NCBI RefSeq assembly: GCF_000341395.1 | Contig: NC_020304.1 | Location: 3,030,001-3,062,000, forward strand | Source: Desulfocapsa sulfexigens DSM 10523 | Lineage (GTDB): Bacteria; Desulfobacterota; Desulfobulbia; Desulfobulbales; Desulfocapsaceae | Reading direction: 5' to 3' | DNA: 32,000 nt | Shown: piece by piece, positions 1-8,160 of the stretch | How the letters are laid out: each line of letters begins with the position of its first letter | How positions within the stretch are numbered: position 1 is the stretch's first letter | Position numbers and translations under genes: made by a program | The notes under the pieces: model-generated | Told to the model about the DNA's origin: nothing | Seen by the model: only the letters and a program-made list of their open reading frames with translations | Databases searched by the model: none

Positions 1-679
1 GCAGCACCAGGTCTCGATAACTTTTATAGCGACGGTCGGCGCTGGCAAATTGTTCAGTAAATGTGTCAATTTTTTCCTGTCCACGACTGATTTCGGCAGG
101 ATTACTGTATCCATCGTCAGCCAGTAGCTTCAGGTCTCTTACATAGTCCTGGTAGCGTTTGAGTTCAGACTGGGCTTTATCACGTTCGTCCTGATATTGG
201 GTAAGGGTTATGGGACCTTCACCCTGAACGAGTCTGTCAAATTCAAGACGGGCCACCTTGAGATTGTAGTCTGATGTGGTAACTCGCTGGGCCAACTCGG
301 TTTTTTCCCACTCGAGTAACTGTTCCGCTGCATTGACACCGGCGCTGAGATCATCGATCTGGGCAGAGAGTTCTGCAATGATTTCTTCAAATTGAGTTGG
401 ATCAAATCGGACCAGTACATCTCCTTTTTTTACAGGATAGCCATCAGGAGCGAGATAAATAACCTTTGCTCCGGCCCCCTTAATGCTGGATGATACGAAA
501 TAAGCGTTGACCGCTTCTAAAGTGCCAAGGGTCTTCACTGTAATTTGAAAATCGCGAAGGGTGGCTGTGGTGAAGGAGGAAGGTTTTTCTTGTACCTGTT
601 CGTCACTGCTCCAAAGGACTTGAGTTAATGTGAAGGCAAAAAAAACCAGAACAGCGGTGAGTAGAAAAAAACGTTTCAT
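1..679 (-). CDS. Efflux transporter periplasmic adaptor (HlyD / membrane-fusion family), N-terminal part; ORF continues past the window edge
   Basis: Open minus-strand frame runs from ATG at 679-677 to position 1, and the ATG overlaps the upstream TolC stop as ATGA. Hand translation gives MKRFFLLTAVLVFFAFTLTQ (signal/anchor). This is followed by GTLEAVNAYFVSSSIKGAGAKVIYLAPDGYPVKKGDVLVRFDP and a long coiled-coil-like stretch typical of MFP adaptors. Confidence 0.75.
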   Translation of the reverse strand, partial: MKRFFLLTAVLVFFAFTLTQVLWSSDEQVQEKPSSFTTATLRDFQITVKTLGTLEAVNAYFVSSSIKGAGAKVIYLAPDGYPVKKGDVLVRFDPTQFEEIIAELSAQIDDLSAGVNAAEQLLEWEKTELAQRVTTSDYNLKVARLEFDRLVQGEGPITLTQYQDERDKAQSELKRYQDYVRDLKLLADDGYSNPAEISRGQEKIDTFTEQFASADRRYKSYRDLVL

Positions 680-2094
680 GGTTTTGTCTCAGGAGAATAG
701 GCAAGCAGGGTACCCATGACAGCACGCAGTCGGTATCCGTTTATGATATAGTTGATCTCGTCGGACATGAGATTTACTCTGGCGCGCTCGACCTGGGTTT
801 GAGATTCAATGAGGTCGAAATTGTCTGCTTCGTTGTACTGGAATTTAATATGGGCCAGTCGTTGTTTACCAGTTGCCTGGATAAGCTGTTCCCGTCGAAG
901 TGCTATTCGTTCCTCTGATTTTTCCAGGGAGTTGAGCACCGTTCGGACCTCACGGATAATGTTTTGCTGAGATGACTCGAATTTAAGATTCTCGCGCTTG
1001 ACAGCGAGACGACTCTTTGCCCAGGCGGTTTTTTCTTCTGAACGTGCCAGGTCGGTACTGCTTGTCAGACCAATACTCCAACGGTCCTCATCGAAAAAAA
1101 GAACATCCCCAAAGTCGCTTGAACGGCCCCGCCGAGTGTAAGTACTTACAAGTTTGAGCTCTGGAAGAGTGTTATGCCGGGCGATCTTTTCCCGGCGCAT
1201 TGCCTCAGCGATATCGGCTTTACTCTGGAATGATTCAATCCGTTGTTTAAGAGCTATCTTGACGGCCTGCTCCCTCTTCATCGTGATGAGTGTGTATTCC
1301 TGTGGAGCTTCAACATAAATGGGGCTGTCAAGTGGCAGGGCAACAATATCTTTTAAACGATCAGCGATTTCAGCGACCCGTTCTCTGGCGAGGCTCAAAC
1401 TCTCTTGGATATCTTTTATACGAATTTCTGCACGATAAATATCCATGGATTTCGCAATGCCGGATTTTTCTTTAACAATTGCACTTTTTAAATGGACTTT
1501 AAGATGTTTAAGTTGCTCGGTGTAGAGAGAAACCAGATGTTGTTCCCGGATAAGGGTGTAGACAGTGGTGACTGTATTGAGGATTGTATTTACTTTTTTT
1601 TGATGCAATGTTCGGTCTGAAGAGGCGAGGGCGTATTCGCTGGCATAAACACTGTCCAAGTTGATATCTTTCCCCAGACCACGTATCAGTGGTATTGCAA
1701 GTGAAAAACCAACCCCTGCACCATACTCATCAGTCTCCTTTTCGATACTTGGTTCCAGATTCAGGATGACACCGCTTGTAAACTTTTTAGAGATCAACCC
1801 TCCAACTCTCCAGATGGACTGTTCTTCCTCGGGGTTTGAGGTGTAATTAATACTGGAAAGAGGGTTGACCTTAATGTCAAAAGTGTTCTGGGCTGCTTCC
1901 ATATTGAGGCGACTGTTATCCAGATCCAGAGTGTCACTGATAAGGTTGCGATTGTAGCGGAGGGCTCTTGCGACAGCAGTCTCCAAAGTAAGACGAACAG
2001 GTTCGACGGCAGCATACCCTGACGAAGGTATATGAACAGTAAGGAGTGTCAGGAAAGCTACTATATTAAAAAAAGACTGTAGTTTGTAGTTCAT
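676..2094 (-). CDS. TolC-family outer-membrane efflux protein
   Basis: 472-aa ORF with an N-terminal signal peptide (FLTLLTVHIPSSGYAAV). LTLETAVARALRYNRNL and two repeated long helical halves are typical of TolC/OMF proteins. It is translationally coupled to the downstream MFP gene. Confidence 0.8.
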   Translation of the reverse strand: MNYKLQSFFNIVAFLTLLTVHIPSSGYAAVEPVRLTLETAVARALRYNRNLISDTLDLDNSRLNMEAAQNTFDIKVNPLSSINYTSNPEEEQSIWRVGGLISKKFTSGVILNLEPSIEKETDEYGAGVGFSLAIPLIRGLGKDINLDSVYASEYALASSDRTLHQKKVNTILNTVTTVYTLIREQHLVSLYTEQLKHLKVHLKSAIVKEKSGIAKSMDIYRAEIRIKDIQESLSLARERVAEIADRLKDIVALPLDSPIYVEAPQEYTLITMKREQAVKIALKQRIESFQSKADIAEAMRREKIARHNTLPELKLVSTYTRRGRSSDFGDVLFFDEDRWSIGLTSSTDLARSEEKTAWAKSRLAVKRENLKFESSQQNIIREVRTVLNSLEKSEERIALRREQLIQATGKQRLAHIKFQYNEADNFDLIESQTQVERARVNLMSDEINYIINGYRLRAVMGTLLAYSPETKP

Positions 2095-2325
2095 TTGAAT
2101 CGTACTTGAAACAGATTGAAGAGCAGAGAGAATTGTGCAACTACAAATTAGAAAAGCTAATAATTAAAATATATTGAATCAGGACAGTCTGCAAGTCAAT
2201 TCGTGAATAGCCTGAAAATCATATGTTAGAGCTGTTGGGGGGGAAGGGGTGGATTAAAAAATACACAAACTGATTTTAGAGGAAAAAGAATACCTGAGTA
2301 TGTACAAAACTAAGCCGTTTCGTTC

Positions 2326-2394
2326 GTCATTCCGGCGCAGGCGGGAATCCAGGGGGGTGGTATAGAACTGGGTCCCCGCCTGCGCGGGGATGAC
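2326..2394. repeat. REP-like pair: two inverted copies of a GC-rich palindromic unit
   Basis: GTCATTCCGGCGCAGGCGGGAA (2326-2347) matches the reverse complement of TCCCCGCCTGCGCGGGGATGAC (2373-2394) at 19/22 positions. Each unit is itself a small hairpin. The pair lies in an otherwise AT-rich intergenic region. Confidence 0.6.
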
Positions 2395-2600
2395 ATCAGC
2401 ATGGTTTTCTTGTGATTCTTTTGTTTTATCAGCCTATTGTATTCGTATTGTGTGAAGTTGGCTGAGTTTCATACGTAATCAGAAAAGAATAAATCAAAGT
2501 TGATTGGAATTTGTTTTTAAATTTTGCGGTTTGCCCGTTAATTGGTCCGCCTATTCCAGGTAGCAGAGTTATGTATCTACGTGGAGTATTATAGCTGGCT

Positions 2601-3506
2601 TTACGTTGAAATTTCTTCCTTAAAAACAGTTTTACCATTGGCAGATATAGCACTAGAAATAAATAAAGAATTAACAATTTTCATTAAGAACCAGAAGGTC
2701 AGTAATGGCAACACTATCACCTGAATAACGAAGATCCCCAGATAGAGAAATGTTAATCTCAATAGGTTCTCAACTATGACTCCCTTGTTTTCCATGATGA
2801 CTTGAATGGTATCTTTAAAGTCTACGGATTTCTCTTTTATGTAAGAGGCACTGTTCCCAATAGTCCCCATGAATCCGTCTAGCTTTGGTAAATTAACACC
2901 TTTGATTTTGTCAATATCAGTGGTGCTTGCAGTGAGTGTAGCGTTCGCCTCTATAATCTTATCTTCAAAAAATGTCTCCTGGAGGAACTCATTGGCTATG
3001 GAGGATATCGGAAGACAGAAGCGAGCTATTGACGCAACGACCATTACACTCATCAGTATGCGCTGGAGTTTTAAGATCCTTGCATTTTTGGACCACACAA
3101 GGAGTGATAAAAACACCAATAGGACAGCTAGGATTTGGGGAACAATTGTTACACTGATTTCATACGCTAGTTCTTGTACCCCCAGTGAAGTGATTGATAA
3201 GACCAGTACGTTTGCTAAACGCTCCACCATGTCATTTATTGGGTCTACTATTTGACCTACCGCTAAAGACAATCCTATGCCAGCAGGTTCTAATTGGACG
3301 CTGGATTCCTGAATAACAGAAACTGTGGCATTGATCACCCGGCATACTCCATAACTGACACCAGCTTTTGTAATTGAGTCCTTAAAGTATGAATCTGCTG
3401 GTGAGTCAATCACAGGAATCTGTACCCCTGATGAGAAAAATAATACGACTGATAGGAGTATTCCTACGACTGACTTTGCGGCTGTGTGTCTGATTATTGT
3501 GTTCAT
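2601..3506 (-). CDS. Hypothetical multi-pass membrane protein (301 aa), AT-rich accessory gene
   Basis: Long ORF with an N-terminal hydrophobic segment (SVVGILLSVVLFF) and several further hydrophobic helices (IVPQILAVLLVFLSLLVW, LTFLYLGIFVIQVIVLPLLTFWFLM). I recognise no catalytic motif. Confidence 0.6.
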   Translation of the reverse strand: MNTIIRHTAAKSVVGILLSVVLFFSSGVQIPVIDSPADSYFKDSITKAGVSYGVCRVINATVSVIQESSVQLEPAGIGLSLAVGQIVDPINDMVERLANVLVLSITSLGVQELAYEISVTIVPQILAVLLVFLSLLVWSKNARILKLQRILMSVMVVASIARFCLPISSIANEFLQETFFEDKIIEANATLTASTTDIDKIKGVNLPKLDGFMGTIGNSASYIKEKSVDFKDTIQVIMENKGVIVENLLRLTFLYLGIFVIQVIVLPLLTFWFLMKIVNSLFISSAISANGKTVFKEEIST

Positions 3507-4021
3507 AATTGTGTAAATAAATGGATTATCGGTGACGTCTATTTTTTGTTCTTCGGATATCTCTTTTTGTCTTACTCGTGGTAACGCTTGATATCAGCGT
3601 GCAACTAGCTCACTTACATTTTTATAATGAGCCATATTTATCAAAAGTATTCGCGCTTTATGTGATTTTCTGAATAGTTTGAAGTGTGGAGAGGATTTTC
3701 ACTTCACTTTTGAAATTTGCCAGCTTGGTCTTACCCCGTTCCTGAGTCAACATGATATCACAAGCGCCTTGTATTCCATACATAGTAGTCTTGACGTGTT
3801 TTCGCTATATCATAAACTCACCACAAAGGGCAAAGGGAGACTTGACCCCTTTTGTTGTAAAAAATCGAATACGAGATGCGGGTCAGCGTGTATACAATTG
3901 TTCGGCGCTTTTTGCCGCTTTTTTTATCGTGGTTTGTCCTAAGTTGTTTCCCATAGTTACTGGGTCCATGCAATCAACTGTGACATGCTAGGAAATATTT
4001 GCATTTTCTTAAATGGAAAAT

Positions 4022-5047
4022 TTAAGTGATATATTTTCTAAGTATTTCTTTTGCTTCCAAGGCGTCCCTGTCGTTAGCGTTAATATGGGTAATAAAGTTT
4101 GACAACCCAAGTAAATGCATAATGTAATTTGTCCTCTTTTCCTCAGTTCTTATTAAGTGACCGTCTAGTCCATATTTTTTGATGTAAAAAATTTCTTGGC
4201 GAAGTTTCCGCCTTTTCTCTCTACAAACATTAATTCTTTCGTTTACAACTAAACCAGTTGTAAACTGCCTTTGATGTTTGAACATTTGTTTGGTTTTGGT
4301 CTTGTTCAAAAGCAAGCCACTGTCTTTAAAAACCATGTTGATAAAAGATATTAATTTTCCGACATCAAATTCTCCAGAGAAAGTCAAATCGTCTGAATAT
4401 CTGGTGTATCGAATTTTTCTTGCCAGGCAGTAGCCTGCGATCCGCGCATCGCAACGATTCATGAAAATATTTGATAGTGTTGGACTAGTTGGTGCACCTT
4501 GAGGTAAGCAGTTTTTTAATGTTGTTAAACCTGTGAGCATTGCAGAGACCTCAGCTGAATACCCTATGTTTTTGAAGATATGAAAAACATTTTGCCCCTT
4601 AATCGAGGGAAAGAAATCTTTAACATCTATTCGCAATACTTGTTTTTGTCTTAGATGAAACCTTGCATTATCTTTTATCGAAAATCCTACAACATACGCC
4701 TTGGCAAATTTGCTAATTGTGACTTGGCTTAAAATGTTATCAAGTATCCACCTCTGAATCTCTTTTAAGCTAGGAAGAGGCTCACATATTGTGCGCATTG
4801 TATCTGATGATTTTTTCTTTATTTTATAACACCTGTAGAATTGATCAGATTTCGTGCTAGATGCGTTGCGAATATAGTCAATATTATACCCAACTAATCT
4901 TGACAAATGATTCTGGCTGAAGATGATTGGCAAGTTTGCTTTATACAAACCCCTAGCATATGACAGTGCATGTTGCATGCTCTTTTCATCTAAGGATTTA
5001 GCAGTTGCTTGTATCGTGAATTCTTTACGATATTTTTTCCAATTCAT
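4022..5047 (-). CDS. Retron-type reverse transcriptase
   Basis: 341 aa with RT boxes LPQGAPTSPTLSN and YTRYSDDLTFS (YxDD). It also has the retron-diagnostic NAxxH (DNARFH) and xTG (FTTGLVVN) motifs. It lies 20 nt downstream of an msr/msd-like structured region on the same strand. Confidence 0.92.
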   Translation of the reverse strand: MNWKKYRKEFTIQATAKSLDEKSMQHALSYARGLYKANLPIIFSQNHLSRLVGYNIDYIRNASSTKSDQFYRCYKIKKKSSDTMRTICEPLPSLKEIQRWILDNILSQVTISKFAKAYVVGFSIKDNARFHLRQKQVLRIDVKDFFPSIKGQNVFHIFKNIGYSAEVSAMLTGLTTLKNCLPQGAPTSPTLSNIFMNRCDARIAGYCLARKIRYTRYSDDLTFSGEFDVGKLISFINMVFKDSGLLLNKTKTKQMFKHQRQFTTGLVVNERINVCREKRRKLRQEIFYIKKYGLDGHLIRTEEKRTNYIMHLLGLSNFITHINANDRDALEAKEILRKYIT

Positions 5048-5067
5048 AGCACAAAAAAATTAGCTAA

Positions 5068-5309
5068 CGGCCTCACTACATACGGACATAATCACCGAGA
5101 TGCAGGACAAATCCTTGCATTTCGGCCCTCAAGGACGAGATGCAAGGATTTGTCCTGCATCTCGGGGCTGGAGGCTTTTGCGGAAGCGGGGCGAAGATTC
5201 GCCAACTCTTTCCAAGAGTTGGTGAATCTTCGCCTGGGCTTGAAAGCAAGTTCTCCCCAGAATGGCGACTCGCCATTCCGTGGCTAAGCCACTAAGGCTA
5301 GTGAGGCCG
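5068..5309 (-). ncRNA. Retron msr-msd non-coding RNA (a2-msr-msd-a1)
   Basis: An 11-nt perfect inverted repeat, CGGCCTCACTA (5068-5078) and TAGTGAGGCCG (5299-5309), fits a1/a2. On the minus strand a G (5298) directly follows the 5' repeat (CUA-G-CC), making it the candidate branching G. Short hairpins lie at 5280-5292 and 5260-5278, and a 21-bp hairpin with one mismatch lies at 5190-5234. A 26-bp perfect stem (5095-5120 with 5140-5165, 19-nt loop) is the candidate msd. Confidence 0.85.
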
Positions 5310-5312
5310 CAG

Positions 5313-5639
5313 CTAAACTTTTAATTTCCTTATAGTAGTTAATCGTGGAATATAAATTTCACCGATTCCTATTGAATCGATTTTTTCTGAATCCAAAGGA
5401 ATTATCCACGGCTCTTTACCTTTAGATTTCTTTTGTGCTGAAGCGATAAAAATACGTCCCGCATCAGTTACAATTAAATCTTCTTCTTGTCCATGGGTAT
5501 CATAATTAAGAAACCCTTTCTCCAATGCTTCATTTACAAGCAAAAAGTATTGTGAATATTGGATTCCATGTCGAAATAATTTTTCGATTGGAGATTTGTT
5601 GTCAATAGATTGTAGCACTAAGGCCAAATTAAAACTCAT
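5313..5639 (-). CDS. Small retron-associated protein, winged-helix-like (108 aa)
   Basis: The ORF sits between the PRTase-like gene and msr/msd, and its stop is 4 nt from the a2 repeat. The GIQYSQYFLLVNEALEKGFLNY...LIVTDAGRIFI pattern resembles helix-turn-helix plus a beta wing. The fold assignment is inference only. Confidence 0.6.
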   Translation of the reverse strand: MSFNLALVLQSIDNKSPIEKLFRHGIQYSQYFLLVNEALEKGFLNYDTHGQEEDLIVTDAGRIFIASAQKKSKGKEPWIIPLDSEKIDSIGIGEIYIPRLTTIRKLKV

Positions 5640-5645
5640 GTGACT

Positions 5646-6494
5646 TTACCGATAAAATGGAGCTGTGCCTGAGCCGTTATCTGCCCAATATACAGGAAAA
5701 GTATTATTTGGAGTTCTGAAAGGCATAGTCACTAGTGCTTCACTTGAAGCAAAACCAAGATAATGCTTACTGTTACTTATTATTCTAGCAGAAATACCTT
5801 TCATTATTTCAATTGCTTTTCCAATTTCTGTAATCTTCTGTGAATCAGTTAGGCCTTTTTTTCTAATATGGTTTGCCCAGACATCGAAACCCGCATTTTT
5901 TAGTTTTTCTTTTCCTTCGGACTGGCATACTGCGCACATAACTGCAACGACATCGGTGCTTTTTCTAAAATTAGATTCATATGCTGATAATGCTTTAAGT
6001 GCAGAACGACCAGTTCCTATGAAATCATCGACAAAAATTAACAAACAATCACCCCGATCAGCTAGACTGTTACCTAATGCTGTCATTAAATCTTTTGATT
6101 CAATTTTAAGATTGTTTGTCAGTCCATTTTGTCGGCACATTAAGTTTAATTGGTGGTATGCAGGGTACAATACTGATGACTGACTTTTTGTATTTTGACT
6201 ATCATCAGGTGCTATAAGGGGCAGGAAATAAACCTCCTCAAAACCTGCTATTAATTCGATACTAATGTCGCAATATATTTCCCGGAAACATCGTTGCATA
6301 GCGTTTGCGTCAACATAGAGATAGTCTTCTGTTAATTTCAACAATAAGTCAGCTTCATCATCTGATAATCCCTCGATTATTTTTATAAAATTAGTCAGTA
6401 TATCTTCAAACCCAGCTTCTTCGAATTTTTTAAACCAATTTTTCTGGATAAATATTTTGTTTAACCTAGGAAAATATTTTGTTATTTCAGCCAT
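5646..6494 (-). CDS. Retron-associated phosphoribosyltransferase-like (PRTase) protein
   Basis: 282 aa. CLLIFVDDFIGTGRSALKAL matches the PRPP-binding loop of type I PRTases: a hydrophobic strand, two acidic residues, then xxTGxS/T. It is the first gene of the minus-strand set PRTase / small ORF / msr-msd / RT. Confidence 0.75.
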   Translation of the reverse strand: MAEITKYFPRLNKIFIQKNWFKKFEEAGFEDILTNFIKIIEGLSDDEADLLLKLTEDYLYVDANAMQRCFREIYCDISIELIAGFEEVYFLPLIAPDDSQNTKSQSSVLYPAYHQLNLMCRQNGLTNNLKIESKDLMTALGNSLADRGDCLLIFVDDFIGTGRSALKALSAYESNFRKSTDVVAVMCAVCQSEGKEKLKNAGFDVWANHIRKKGLTDSQKITEIGKAIEIMKGISARIISNSKHYLGFASSEALVTMPFRTPNNTFPVYWADNGSGTAPFYR

Positions 6495-6585
6495 TCTGAG
6501 AACGTACCATGATAAATGTTTGTGTAAATTAAAAGGTTCTATAATTAGAATAACTTTTCAACTCAGGCAATTTTCACTGAGGCCG

Positions 6586-6723
6586 AACAGTGTTAATACA
6601 TGGACAATGTCCATCATATTACCTTATATCTGGCCACTTTTTCCACCTATTTTGGTATTGATAGCTCTATATGGAAAAAAGTGTCCACTTATTACTTTTT
6701 TCTTCATTTTGTCCATGTAATGC
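6586..6723. repeat. 138-bp repeat, copy 1 (MITE-like or attI-derived unit)
   Basis: 128/138 identical, without gaps, to 13981-14118 (hand alignment). It has internal terminal inverted repeats ACATGGACAA...TTGTCCATGT and further TGTCCA(T/C) motifs. It lies directly 5' of the retron module when read on the minus strand. Confidence 0.85.
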
Positions 6724-6741
6724 TAATCAATGTAAGGCAAT

Positions 6742-7686
6742 AAGGGGTCGGGCCGCCGCAAGCACTCGTGATTTAAGAACAAACATCCCATAAAAAGCTA
6801 TTTTCTGTACTTAGCTGTTCATTTTTGGTGCTAAAATTGGCACTGCAAGGAATCTGCGTCTCTCGAAGTTCAAAACTTTCATCAACTTTATGAATCCCTC
6901 GGTGGATCGCCCTCATTCCAAGTTCATTTTTAATTTTCTCAACAAAAGTTTGACTCCCAACTGCGACGCTTTGTGTCCATTTACTCTCACGCAGCTGCTT
7001 ATCTGCTTTTAAGGTATCTTCAACCCAGTTAGCATGCATCTCTTTAAGTTCTACAACTGAATTTAGACCAAGGAGTTCTGTTAGCAGTCTGTAATTAATA
7101 ATTGCATAACGTTGCTTTTGGTTTTGTATTTCATTATATCCACTCCAGTTCCATTCAGAGGGATGTCCCACTACTCCTGTACGCACCATATTCATATCAA
7201 TATAAGCGAGGCATTTCACAAGATGGGTGTCATTTTCAATAGCCGTTGCATGGTACCTATCTTCCCAGTATGCCCCATGACGTTTTTTTCTTCGATTATA
7301 TTCTTGTCCAACTTGTCCCGCTACCAATTGCATTGACCTGGGAATAGTATCTCGGTTGCCGTTATCTGACACCAACAGATGTATGTGGTTGGAAGTGGCG
7401 ATATAATTCAGTACATCAAGACCATACCTTTGTTTTGCCTTGAATAGTAGCTCCAACCATCTATTTCTATCTCTAGAAAACTTAAGCAGAAATTCCTTTT
7501 TATGACATCGGTGAGTTATATGCCATACACATCCAGGCATGTAATATCGTTTTGCGCGTGGCATATCTGCTGCTTTTCCTTAAACCCACTATTTTAGCAC
7601 CAAAAGTGCTGCCCTAAGATCATTTCGAGTGACTTTATTTGAGACATTCTTTGTTATTTCAAACTATTGAGGCGGCCCGACCCCTT
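6742..7686 (-). mobile_element. RAYT / IS200-like Y1 (HUH) transposase unit bounded by perfect 16-bp inverted repeats
   Basis: AAGGGGTCGGGCCGCC (6742-6757) and its exact reverse complement GGCGGCCCGACCCCTT (7671-7686) flank the single ORF 6773-7564. Confidence 0.75.
6773..7564 (-). CDS. HUH / Y1 tyrosine transposase-like protein (IS200/IS605 TnpA or REP-associated RAYT class) with C-terminal extension
   Basis: 263 aa with an HUH motif in SNHIHLLV and a catalytic-Tyr helix in CLAYIDMNMVRTGVV. The N-terminal WHITHRC strand is typical of this family. Confidence 0.75.
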   Translation of the reverse strand: MPRAKRYYMPGCVWHITHRCHKKEFLLKFSRDRNRWLELLFKAKQRYGLDVLNYIATSNHIHLLVSDNGNRDTIPRSMQLVAGQVGQEYNRRKKRHGAYWEDRYHATAIENDTHLVKCLAYIDMNMVRTGVVGHPSEWNWSGYNEIQNQKQRYAIINYRLLTELLGLNSVVELKEMHANWVEDTLKADKQLRESKWTQSVAVGSQTFVEKIKNELGMRAIHRGIHKVDESFELRETQIPCSANFSTKNEQLSTENSFLWDVCS

Positions 7687-8160
7687 TTTGGTCGCTAAAA
7701 GTGAACTGTATGAGCTTCGGCAGCAACAGGTTAAGCCCATTCTACAGAAATTTAAAACCTGGCTGATCAAAAGATCCAGTACAGTTGTTCCAAGAAGTCT
7801 TCTTGGCCAGGCTATTTCTTACTGCTTAGGGCAATGGCATCGGCTGGAAAACTATATCAAAAGTGGTCATGCTGGAATAGATAACAATGTTGCTGAAAAT
7901 GCTATTCGCCCCTTTGTGGTGGGAAGAAAAAACTGGCTGTTCTCTGGAACACCTGAAGGTGCAGGCGCCAGCGCCACTCTTTACAGCCTTATCGAAACTG
8001 CTAAGGCTAATCGACTTGAGCCTTACAGTTACCTGCGCTATCTGTTTGAGAAATTGCCTACGACGACACCAGACGAGCTTTGTAGCCTGCTGCCGCAAAA
8101 CCTTTCACCTGAAAAACTTGTCTTGCCCCATATGGCAAGTGGGGTTTAATTCCCGCTTAC
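7687..8160 (+). pseudogene. IS66-family transposase, C-terminal fragment plus the right terminal inverted repeat of the IS
   Basis: The translation contains IDNNVAENAIRPFVVGRKNWLFSGTPEGAGASATLYSLIETAKANRLEPYSYLRYLFEKLP, the conserved C-terminal core of IS66 TnpC. The N-terminal roughly two thirds is absent, and the fragment begins at the RAYT-unit inverted repeat. The element ends with GGGGTTTAATTCCCGCTTAC (8141-8160), whose reverse complement GTAAGCG... is the typical IS66 terminus. Confidence 0.8.

Noticed and set aside
2095-2600. Direct repeat of the tRNA-Glu 3' end marking an attL/attR pair
   Set aside because: Only a trivial AAGGGG match (around 2240) to the tRNA T-arm region was seen, with no extended identity.
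2500-2611. Possible attC after the 301-aa gene (GTTGAAA overlapping its last codons)
   Set aside because: I could find no matching RYYYAAC partner and no L''/L' inverted repeat within 150 nt. A single 7-mer match is not evidence.
3679-3991. 87-aa and 79-aa overlapping + strand ORFs in the spacer below the retron
   Set aside because: They overlap each other in different frames, have no RBS and give Cys/Phe-rich improbable peptides. The region was kept only as a possible non-coding feature.
5190-5234. The single G-T mismatch in the 21-bp hairpin could mean the retron RNA is transcribed from the + strand (G.U on +, A.C on -)
   Set aside because: One position is too weak as evidence. Three features support minus-strand transcription: the RT orientation, the position of a G directly after the 5' a2 repeat on the minus strand (the + strand has C), and the msr-before-msd order.
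6457-6720. 87-aa (6457-6720) and 85-aa (13995-14252) + strand ORFs running through the two 138-bp repeat copies
   Set aside because: The frames are kept open only by the AT-rich repeat. The peptides are hydrophobic, low-complexity and have no start context. The second runs out of frame into the intI remnant. They were treated as non-coding repeat DNA.
7667-8149. 160-aa ORF presented as an intact gene
   Set aside because: Its TTG start and first ~8 codons lie inside the RAYT-unit inverted repeat. Only the C-terminal core of an IS66 transposase is present, so it was called as a pseudogene fragment.
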